A stretch of 64,000 bases of DNA from Lingula anatina (taxonomy: Eukaryota > Animalia > Brachiopoda): the NCBI GenBank assembly GCA_051362555.1, contig CM120643.1:28214848-28278847 (forward strand), in the 5' to 3' direction. This document shows positions 40,315 through 55,652 of this stretch, in pieces (within the stretch, counting starts at the first letter, position 1; each line of letters starts with the position of its first letter). Position numbers and translations under genes: made by a program. The notes under the pieces are model-generated. The model saw only the letters and a program-made list of their open reading frames with translations. It was not told the origin of the DNA and did no database searches.

Positions 40315-40633
40315 CTACGCGAGCCACGACGCTACCATAAGAAGACTACGTACGGTAATCCATATGAGAAGATACGCGATCTACGGCAACCGCTGCGCTA
40401 CCCATAAGAAGGCTACGCGAGCCACGACGCTACCATAAGATTGACCACGTACGATAATCCATATGAGAAGATACGCGATCTACGGGAACCGCTGAGCTAC
40501 CCATAAGAAGAGTACGCGAGCCACGACGCTACCATAAGATTGACCACGTACGATAATCCATATGAGAAGATACGCGATCTACGGGAACCGCTGCGCTACC
40601 CATAAGAAGACTACGCAAGCCACGACGCTACCA
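40315..40633. repeat. Tandem array of ~3.2 x 98-99-bp units
   Basis: (C/G)TACGC(G/A)AGCCACGACGCTACCA recurs at 40315, 40413, 40512 and 40611. Confidence 0.92.
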
Positions 40634-41009
40634 GAAATGTCTTCGTTGTCTTCGTTTTACTACCCAGATGCTGTCGTCGCGCGCAACATTTGAAATTTAT
40701 GAACTTTAATGACCATAAGTCACGTCAAAGGATACTTGGAAATGCATGAACTATTGTGGCCATAAGTCACGTTTATATTGCATGAATTTTTGTATTCAAT
40801 GTTTGGAGATTTAATAATCATATTGGAAATGTAATGCATGTCTTTTTATTTCTGAAGGTTGGGGATAGACTTTCCCCAAGGTACAGGCAACATCAATCCC
40901 ACACCGCGTCGGGGTGTCGTCGCCGATTCGAGGCGGACGGCCGCGTCGCGTTACAATACTTTGAACGATTGGTGCTATTTCAACATATCGATCTACTGTG
41001 TGTAACTTA

Positions 41010-42010
41010 TACCCCCGTCACACTTATTCGGAATCAGCAGGAATGAAGAAGAAGAATGAGCCCGAGCGAAGAATTTTGTTGTGCATTCCAGGATATTCGA
41101 ATAGCATTCTAAAAACATTTTAAAATTCTGAGTGCATTTTAAATATTTTTACCCATTCTTGTGGCCGGCTCGAATGTTTTTGTCATGCAAAAACTTTCGA
41201 AGTGAATTCCAAGAGGAAACTTATCGAATGGCATTTGAACAGTATTCTAACTGCACTATGACTGCATTCTAAATATTATCACGGCATTCCGACAGCATTC
41301 GAAACATTATGATCAGTTACCATCCCTGTGGCGTTATTTATACACGCTGGGCATCGTGTTACATTCTAAACATGTTAGAAAGTAATTTTAATTAAGTACT
41401 TTAGGTATTTCAGCTGCATTATGTTTGAAATTTTTATATTTCAGACCATCATAGGCAGCTATACGGGGAGTAGTTGACTGCATTTGAGTTCGCTTCATAT
41501 ATCATTCGAGGCATCTTCTTACATACTTCTGCCTGTATTCGGCCAGCAGTAAAAGCACACTCTTACGGCATTTGAATTTCATTCGGAATATTCTGACTGC
41601 AATTTGAAATTCCCTCCCGCTTATGGCACGAATTTTTCAATTTATTCATTCTGGCTGGTTCTACCTTGATTCCTGCTGGTTCCGAGTAAGTGCGACGGGG
41701 GCCTTAAGTCGCGTACCAGTTCGAATATCCCTCAATGTGATCAGAATGTTTTGAATGTTGTTGGAATGCCGTGAGAATATTAAGAATGCAGACACACTGC
41801 TGTTAGAATACTATTCAAATGCCATTCGATAATTTTCCACTTGGAATGCGCTTCGAAAGTTTTTAACATTCAGGCCGACCACAAGAATGGGTAAAACTAT
41901 TTGAAATGCACTCAGAATTTTTAGAATGCTCTTTGAATATCCAGGAATGCACAAAGAATTGTCTTTCCGACGTCATTCTTGTTCATTCTGCCTCTAGTGT
42001 GACGGGGGTA
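41010..42010. mobile_element. Composite fold-back copy of the 36535-37206 Harbinger-like MITE
   Basis: TTA|TACCCCCGTCACAC ... GTGTGACGGGGGTA|TAA. An inverted full copy (~41010-41703) is followed by a direct half copy (~41730-42010). Absent at paralogous site 54768-54770. Confidence 0.75.
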
Positions 42011-42013
42011 TAA

Positions 42014-42884
42014 AGCCACGGTCACAACCGGACGCACGGATTTTAGGATCGTACATCTCCTGAAAATTTTGCGTGCATTAGGAGCCGTGGAGGTCCTAGA
42101 GATAGACGAAAGTCTGCCTTGCGAGTTGCGAGGGCCAAATGAAATGTCCTTCCAAGCAGGAACGCTAATTGCAAGTTGCAGGGGCCCTGGAGATTGTACT
42201 CATTTCTTGGGTTTGTCTTGCTACCTGCGTACGTGGCACGCACTCACCACTATTGAAGAGAAAGTAACGCACGGCGAAAGTAGTTCCATTTTGCTTCACA
42301 CTTGCCTCACACACTTTTGATGACGTACTAACTGCGTGCCTCAGTTTTGCCTACTGTTCTGCCCTTCTTTTTTCTTCTTTCTCCCTTCTTACCTGCTCTA
42401 AGGCTTTTTTCTTGACCATTGGAGGCATATTAGAATCTGAATTAAGCAAAATTCTAATTTTTTGAAATTTTTTGCACATGTTGCACAATTTTCGTTAATT
42501 TTCGAGACACGACCGTGCGTCGTGAGAAAACCTTTTATTCTCCTGACGTATGGGTGACGCACGTGCAACGCATTTCCGCGGTGCTTTTGACTTTGATCGT
42601 TAGTTGTGAGGGCGTGCGCCGCACTCAACACGCAAAAGGCACTTGCTCCTTCATTGCTTGCGATGTGCGTCTCGGACCACGCACGTCTCACTTGCGAACT
42701 CCTTGCAAGTGAAGCAAGTTACGTTTGCGGCCTCGCTCTTCGCAGATTATTCGTAGAATCTTTTGGACATGTCCAACTTCCTCCGTACGTGCATACGAGC
42801 TGTCTGCGAATTGCATGTGAGATTCTGCGCAAAATTTGGTGGCAAGGAGGCCGTAAGAGCTCCTGCGGCCGGTTGTGACCGGCT
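42014..42884. mobile_element. PIF/Harbinger-like MITE (TAA TSD)
   Basis: TAA|AGCCACGGTCACAACCGG ... CCGGTTGTGACCGGCT|TAA. Shared with duplication unit 2, so it predates the duplication. Confidence 0.8.
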
Positions 42885-45800
42885 TAATATTTATCCAATT
42901 TTTGCCTTTAATTGACACATGCATTACAGTTATTAAAAAAATGATGACCTAATTTTAAAAAGGACTTTGTAGATAATACAAAATAACAGACAGCTTGCCT
43001 TCAATAACTGGTTCAAAGTTGAAGAGGTCGTAAACAAAAACATTTTCTATCAGGCTTACTGGTAGTTTCATATTTTCCGAATACGTTATACTGGCGTCCA
43101 TTATCGTTTCTAGATTGAAGGCTCAGGAGCCGAATTTTGCTATGTTAGTTATGGATATTAACCCACCATTCTACAAGTTATGATAATATGATGATAATAG
43201 AAAGAATATTGGGTATCAAGTACAGAAAAACAGAAAGCTTGCTTTCACTGTCAGATTTATTGTTAAAGAGGTTGTGAACAAATTCAATTTCCATTAGTCT
43301 TACTGGAGGTTTCATATTTTCCTTAGCGTTATATACTGGTTTCCATTACCATTTGAAGCAGTACGGCTTCATCAACGTGGTAAATTGATCAATGATGCTA
43401 AAAATATGCTAAAAATACACATTAAGTGATAGATACAATACGAGTCGCCGAGCTGTACGTGAAATATTACGAGTGTATTGTCGAGCCGCAGGCGCAGCAG
43501 TTTAGATACGGCAGAAGTTCCCACAAAACACTACTTCTCTCCCATCAGTGGCAGATTTAGGGGGTCAGGGGGTCCTGACCCCCCCCCCCCCTTTCCGGTT
43601 TCTGAAAAATATATCACACCAATATTCCCCTCTTAAAATAAGAATTTTGACTAGCTAAATCGTAGTTTTAAACCGCACCGAAGGCTACTGTTTGCTCTCC
43701 TGAACACCGATTCCCACACCAAGGGGGGCGTTCCGTTCCGGACCCGCCCCCCCCCCCCCCCAATCCAAATGTAATTAAATCCGCTGTTCTACGTGCTAGT
43801 CTCTTGCCCTACGTGCTAGTCTTTTGTTCTACGTGCTAGCCGTGGTTTATTGCTTAGGAGACGTAGTCAGTATGTTAATTTTCGATATTAATTCAACACT
43901 CCTGATCTCAGCAACTTACAAACACACACTGATAAGGACATCTATACCAACAACTTGTCGTTCAGGAGAACTTAAAATGTTCGTTCTCAATTATTCTCTT
44001 AAACTCATTGGAGGATAGTGGTCATACGTATTAACTTCATTTCTACACAATATTCAAGCTAGATATTCCTCACAAAGCTTTCGGTTTTCGGTCACATCCT
44101 GGACATTCTCAATGTATGCTGTTAGAAAGTAGAAAGCTTCAGTGCTGGGTAGAACATGGAATATTTTATGTTCGATATTATTAGACAGCAAGGATGGATT
44201 TCATCAGAATATCGGAGGATCGTGATAGAAAAGAGGGGACGGGACATTAATGTCCTCGCAACGTGGTCAAATGTTCAATGATGTTAATACTGCAGATTTC
44301 CAGATATGTTCATGAAACCAAATTAATTATTAATGTTTCACGGTGAGAGAAAAATGATGGAAAATTTAAACGGGGCCTTTTGTAACGGGGGTATATTCAG
44401 ATGAGAACGACAGTCATTGGTTGGTTTGTCGTCTGCCACATGTGTCACCACGGACGTTGTGACGCGTACTGGTAGTGCATGAAGTAAAATAGATTCACTG
44501 ATTTGCTTGTCAGTTTAATTAACATATGCATTGCAGTTTTGAAAATATGATGACCTAATTTCATATCGTATTTTGTATATAATACAAAATAACAGACAAC
44601 TTGAGTTCATTGCCTGGGCAAAGTTAAAGAGGTCGTAAACAAACACATTTTCCATTAGGCTTACTTGTAGTTTCATATTTTCCGAATGCTTTATACTGGC
44701 GTCCATTATCTTTTCTAGCGGTACCTAGGCTCTATTCATACATAGATGTTTGATCGAAGTTTTTAAAAACACACCTCATTTATATATAAGATAAAGGGAA
44801 GTTTGCAAGAAAGATGATGCTTTATTTCGAATTTGCTGCTAATATGCAAGGATATGAAAAAAAAAAGATAATTTGCAAAATGCTTGCAAGCGACAGACTG
44901 TTTAAACGGGCTTTTTGAATAACTGACGCTATCTCAACGAATCGAACCACTCAGTATAATTAATTTCTAATCAAGTCTTTTCATTCACCATTTTGACACA
45001 GTGGAATTAATAAATGGATCATGGGTTTGATAAAATGATGACCTAATAAAACAAATTGCGTCTTTTGTACAAAATAGCATATTGTTTGCCTTCACTTCCT
45101 GGGTCAGAGTTAGAGAGGTCGTATAGTCAAACACGTTTCATTAGTCTTACTGGTTGTTTCATATTTTCCTAAGCATTATACAGGTACCAATAACTGTTTC
45201 AAGCGGTAGGACTGTATCAATATACATTTGATCTAATTAAAGGCCCAGGAGACGAATTTTGCTATGTTAGTTTTGGATATTAATCAACCATTCCACAAGT
45301 TTTAATAATATGATGATAATAGATAGAATATTGCGTATCAAGTACAGAAAAAAAGAAAGCTTGCCTTCAATGTCAGAATTATTGTTAGAGAGGATGTGAA
45401 CAAAATCAATATCCATTAGTCTTACTGGATGTTTCGTATTTTCCTAAGCGTTATATGCCAAAAATTCACAATAATGCTTAGGAGACGTAGTCTGTATGTT
45501 AATTTCTGATGTTAATTCAACACTCCTAATGTCAGCAATTTATACACACAGACACAGGTAAGGACATCTATACCAACAACTTATCGTTCAGGAGGAACTT
45601 AAAATGTTCGTTATCAATTATTCTCTTAAACTCATTGGAGGATAGTGGTCATACGTCTAAACTTCATTTCTATACAATATTAAAGTTAGATATTACTCAC
45701 AAAGCTTTCGGTTTTCGGTCACATCCTGGACAGTCTCACTGTATGCTGTTACAAAGTAGAAAGATTCAATGCTGAGTAAAACATGGAATATATTATGTTC

Positions 45801-46049
45801 GACATTACTAGACAGCAAGGATGGATTTCATCAGATTATCGGAGGGTCGTGATAGAAAAGAGGGGACGGGGTATTAATGTCCTCGCAACGTGTTCAATGA
45901 TGTTAAAACTGCAGGTACTCATGAAGCCAAATTAATTATTGATGTTTCACGATGAGAGAAAAATGATCGAAGCATTTAAATGGGCCTTTGGTAATGGAGG
46001 TGGTTGGGGGGGGGGGTATCCATAAACGGGTATATTCAGATGAGAACGA

Positions 46050-46177
46050 CAGTCATTGGTTGGTTTGTCGTCTGCCACGTGTGTCACCACGGACGGCAAG
46101 ACACGTACTGGCAGTTTATCAAGTAAAATAGATTTATTGACAAGTTTTGTTCCGATCAGACTGCAGTGTAAACGAGG
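46050..46177 (+). promoter_or_regulatory. Putative promoter and non-coding first exon of the SRCR gene
   Basis: ATTGG (inverted CCAAT) and CACGTG E-box followed by the strong donor GAG|GTAAGT at 46177/46178, conserved at ~59141-59268 in the next unit. The signal-peptide exon has an acceptor upstream of its ATG. Confidence 0.5.
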
Positions 46178-47215
46178 TAAGTTTTATCTTGAAGGAAATT
46201 TAATGTACCATTACGAGTCTCACTCTTAATTTATAATGAAGATAACTATTGTGTTATATGTATTACTGTGTACATATTATATGTATTACCTGCTTTACAA
46301 AATTTGACAAAAAATAACCGTAACCTTACAAGCGTCATCGTGAGGGGCCTTAACGCAAATGTTACCTAAAATTCTTTTTAAACTTGTCACACAATTATCA
46401 TTGCCAATTGAACATTATTCAACGAATTGGTTCCGCATCCAAGGCGTGGTTTCCCTAGCTAGGTATACCAATGGTTTTTTGAAATTTGCCACCGTGAAAT
46501 ATACAGAAGCGAATACATGGATTTTTAAAGAAAATATTCCATCATTTTGAGCCGGAGTATACTGAAAATTTAGAGGAAATAATAGTTAGCACATTTAGAC
46601 CCCAATCCCACAGATTTTAGATCGATCTATCCATGTGAGGAGTCTCACTAGATTACTGTCAGCTTAGCCGGCTTAAGCGTCTGTCCCGCCTACTAAAAGC
46701 TGTAAGGGGGTAATTACTACCGTGCACGCTCGGCTGACAGCAATTTAGCGTGAACATCCAGGGAGTTAGGTCGATCTAGATGGATCGATCTAAATATATG
46801 GAAATGCAGTCTTAGACTGCGTTCCATACATAGATATATGCAACATGATCAATCTATCTCCCAGCGTTTTCTCGCTTGCTATCAGCAATTAAGCTATCTA
46901 AAGCTGTTCAACGATATTCAATTACCCCTTAGCAGCTTCAGTAGGCGTGGCAGACATCTAAGCCGCTTAAGTTGTTTGCAATTTTGCGAGAATCCCCTCA
47001 GGAATAGATCAATCCATAGTTATTGCGACAGGGTCTGAGAATGGTCCCTAAGATTAAAGAAACGTGCAATCCCATCAGGGAATTTAGAAATCAGTTTGGT
47101 TGTGCAGTAACAATTAGTGGGGAAATAGACATGTAGACTAATGGGGAAAGGGAACACAATGCATTGACTATAAGCAGACCGTTTAGAAAGGTTGGCAAGT
47201 AGGATACGTTTTTAA

Positions 47216-47497
47216 CCCGCACGAAAACGCAGTAGATACTCTAGCGCAGTAGACTACTGCAATCAGGCTGCAAACATGCCTAAAATCTGCTTCGATTTGG
47301 GAGCTAATTAGAATATTTGAGTCGTGCTTCTATCATGCTGCTAATCTACTGCATTAATGCTCCTCTCTGTACAAACCTATGTACTTTTTGGTGTAGAATT
47401 GCTGTAGGCTGTACTGCATTTTTACTGCAAATATGCTCCACACCACTACTGCATTAATGCTTCTTTGCTACTTCTTACTACTGCATTTTCGTGCGGG
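47216..47497. mobile_element. CACTA/EnSpm-like MITE (CCC..GGG termini, 2-bp TSD)
   Basis: AA|CCCGCACGAAAACGCAGTAG ... CTACTGCATTTTCGTGCGGG|AA, with internal CTACTGCA repeats. Absent at the paralogous site ~62628. Confidence 0.75.
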
Positions 47498-47657
47498 AAG
47501 TATCAGAATAAGCATACAGGGGGTATGTGGGAGATGAGAGGCACTGACGTGGATAAACATGCCCACAACTAGTAGTCAACAGTTACAAATAATTTCTATG
47601 GCTGCAATCTTGTTATTTTAGCATCAAAGCCTACATCGCTGACTCCACACATTGGTT

Positions 47658-52246
<4,589 letters not shown>

Positions 52247-52846
52247 TAAGGGTCCATGCTCCACCTGGACAAAATAGCGACATATTTTTTCCTTTTGCCC
52301 TGCCTTGAAGTTTTCAAAGTATCTTAGTAAACAAAAGCATAAACGTCCGCATGTTAAACGTGATATACCCAAAGTTACATGCACCATGAACATAAACACT
52401 CCATTACCACTGTAATAGCGTATACATCTATTTACTTTTAATAATCCAAAATGGCTGCCAACAGTTAGAAATATAACAATTATCGCTACAGTTGGCTAAT
52501 GTATTCAATCATTTCTCTTTTAGACATACTGTAGAGCTCATTACACACGTTTTTTTCCTGTCCTAGTAACCATGTTGCGTGCAACTTTTGAAATTATAGA
52601 TATGCACGGTTTCACAAGATGGCCGCCAAATCCAATACAAGAATATAATTACCATGAAAAACTTGTTTACGTAATACATTTTTTCACTTCTGGGTCACAG
52701 TCGGGCAGGATGATACAATCCACTAACCAGAAATAGCACTATAATGCAAATAAACAAGTCATTACCCAATGGTTGCGTTTGTATTCAGCTTCTTGATGGA
52801 TTATTTTTATTAAATCTTACCAATTGTATGACCAATGAATATTTAA

Positions 52847-53879
52847 CCCTCAAGTGACCGAGTGGGGTCATTTACGACCCCAGCCATATGATTTAATGTG
52901 CCATCTCTTGATTTTTTATTCGAATTTTCTTTCCTTGCATGAGTTTGTTAGTCTAATAACCCTACACACTTTCACAGTTTTTTGTAGGGATCAACCAATT
53001 AGTGTGGCGTATACATCACAAAATCTTGTGGGGTCATTTATTACCCCAAAGAGAAGCATTGGTTTTTAAATATTAGTTTTTAAATTTTATTCAAAGTTTT
53101 GCCCACGCAACACTGGCAGGAAAATGTCACATGCATGTGCTTCATGCAACCAGCCAGTTGGCCCAAAACATAGGCACAAATAAGTGGTTTGTGAAGATTG
53201 TGCTTGAAGTGTTACTAATAGTGCATTGCTGATTCTAATTTCAGTAGCTTTGTTGGAACTTTTTCTCATAATTGGGTCTCTCATTTTGACGGTTACAATT
53301 TTCGGATATTTCGAAAATGTAAAGAATTCTGTTGATATCATATTATACATATATTAACAAATTGTTTGTGTGGATTTTGTTTTATACACAGATGTGGTAG
53401 TAACATACACGTAGGTTGATTGAATGTGTTCTGAGTAGTATGACTTCCTTACCAGCATTAGGGTATTCTCTACTCAGCAAGTCAGCTAATTATTCTTACT
53501 GAAGTTAACAGGATGCTATCTCAACATAAGTCAAATTATTTTTATTCAAAGTAATTTTGTAATGTACTTTTTTCATTTAGTGTGGCAAATAAAAAGGTAA
53601 ATAATTCTGCAAGTGGAAACTGTCAAGGACTGTCTAAATACCGCTGTAATGTTGTTCTTAAAATCTGTGCTTGGTTATTTCATGCAATAAAAGTATTTTT
53701 ACCATATACTTATTACATTAGATCATTACAAAGTGCTTGTCTTAAATCCTGGGAGTAGTATAGGTGTGATAAACCCTCAACAGCCTTTGATAATAAGGAT
53801 CCCTGTACAGAGCACAATGGGGTCATAGATGACCCCACTTGGTCATTTCAGTCAGTAAAATAGCTTGGTCTCTTGAAGG
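52847..53879 (+). mobile_element. Non-autonomous piggyBac element retaining the transposase C-terminal Cys-rich domain
   Basis: TTAA on both sides; TIR CCCTCAAGTGACCGAG / CTTGGTCTCTTGAAGG; subterminal GGGGTCAT..GACCCC palindromes. 53094-53207 reads KFCPRNTGRKMSHACASCNQPVGPKHRHK*VVCEDCA*. Absent at the paralogous site ~35130-35145. Confidence 0.85.
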
Positions 53880-54770
53880 TTAAGGTTCCCGACCCAGTGC
53901 TAGCCAATACACACCCTACCACATAGCTGCTATTCGGTGAGTCATGTCCACCAGTGGCAGATAATTCGAAATAAAGCTTCTCACCAACTTTCCTCCAAAC
54001 CATTTACCCAACACTTCTGTCATCTGGGAGCAGTATCATTGTTTAGTCGTTGACTGCCTGCTGTCCGCTTGGGATATCTGAAACACCATCATAATCGTTG
54101 AAGACGGATCATTGTTCTTCTAATGCCACTCCTACCTAAATAACAGTGTTTGTTCAGGTATCTACCACCGGAAAACATTTTGCTGTCAAGTTGCATGTCA
54201 TGAAACGTTCTCTACGAGTAGGGTGTGTAACATGACAAAGAGTCCCCCATAACAGAGAGTCCGCTTCCAAATCATTTGTACTGGTGAGCCTATATATCTG
54301 ATATGTTTTAGAACTGCCTAACCGATAGCATCACCGGAGAAAGTTGCATAGGCTTACTCACCACAACGCATGTGTAAAACACCATTGCGTTTGCTACGAT
54401 GGTTACGAAGGAGACGTATTTATTTAACGGCACGCTAAATATTTGTTGCTTAAAATCCCATGTTAAATATTGCATGCACTAAAAACTAAAACTGAAAACT
54501 AAGCAAACTCATCTGAACAATTGGAGCATCAGCCATAATGACGTACTGTGCAAGGCTTTTGGCCTCTCCATGTATACGTCAGCCGAGTCCGGGATTATTT
54601 ATGTATACTTCTCTTTAAGACATCCCATACGGAGAAAGGAATTTTGCTCTTAAATTGTTTAAAAATGCGTTATTACATGTATCTAGGTAAATATTTTACA
54701 TAAAAGAAACCTGAACAAGGTACTTTGAACGATTGGTGCTATTTCATATCGATCTACTGTGTGTAACTAA

Positions 54771-55652
54771 AGCCACGGTCACAACCGGACGCACTGATTT
54801 TAGGATCGTACATCCCCTGCGAATTTTGCACGCAGTAGGAGTCGTGGAGGTCGTAGAGGTAGACGAAAGTCTGCCTTGCGAGTTGCAAGGGCCAAATGAA
54901 ATGTCCTTCCAAGCAGGAACGCTAATTGCAAGGTGCAGGGGCCCTGGAAATTGTACTCATTTCTTGGGTTTGTCTTGCTACCTGCGTACGTGGCACGCAC
55001 TCACCACTATTGAAGAGAAAGCAACGCACGGCGAAAGTACATGTAGTTCCATTTTGCCTCACACTTGCCTCACACACCTGTGATGACGTACGCGTACGTC
55101 AGTTTTGCCTATTGTTCTCCCCTTCTTTCTTATTCTTTCTCCCTTCTTTCCTGCTCTCTACGGTTTTTTTTTATTTTCTTGCCCTTTGAAGGCATATTAG
55201 AATCTGAATTAAGCAAAATTCTAAAATTTTAAAACTTGTTGCACATGTTGCACGATCTTCGTCAATTTTCGAGACACAACCGTGCGTCGTGAGAACACCT
55301 TTTATTCTCCTGGCGTAGGGGTGACGCACGTGCATTGCACTTCCGCTGTGCTTTCAGCTTTGATCGTTAGTTGTGAGGGGGAGCGCAGCACTCATCACGC
55401 AAAAGGCACTTGCTCCTTCATTGCTTGCGACGTGCCTCTTGGACCACGCGCATCTCACTTGCGAACTCCTTGCGAGCGAAGCAAGTTACGTTTGCGGTCT
55501 CGCTGTTCGCAGATTATTCGTAGAATCTTTTGGACATGTCCAACTTCCTCCTACGTGCATACGGGCTGTCTGCGAACTGCATGTGAGATTCTGCGCAAAA
55601 TTTGGACGCAAACAGGCCGTAAGAGCCCTTGCGGCCGGTTGTGACCGAGGCT
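54771..55652. mobile_element. PIF/Harbinger-like MITE (TAA TSD), paralog of 42014-42884
   Basis: TAA|AGCCACGGTCACAACCGG ... CCGGTTGTGACCGAGGCT|TAA. Confidence 0.8.

Larger units (their letters stand above)
37306..40955. mobile_element. 3.65-kb insertion with TGTAAC...GTTACA termini and 4-bp TSD (long solo LTR or Ginger-like non-autonomous element)
   Basis: ATAC|TGTAAC at 37302-37311 and GTTACA|ATAC at 40950-40959. The paralogous empty site reads GAACAAGGTACTTTGAACG at ~54713-54731. Internal TATA-like GTATAAATAG near 37600 and two tandem arrays. Confidence 0.8.

Noticed and set aside
42043-42924. Several overlapping 65-120 aa ORFs, repeated at 54733-55702 and 7704-8130
   Set aside because: They lie inside a multi-copy MITE, stops and indels differ among copies, and no domain is recognisable.
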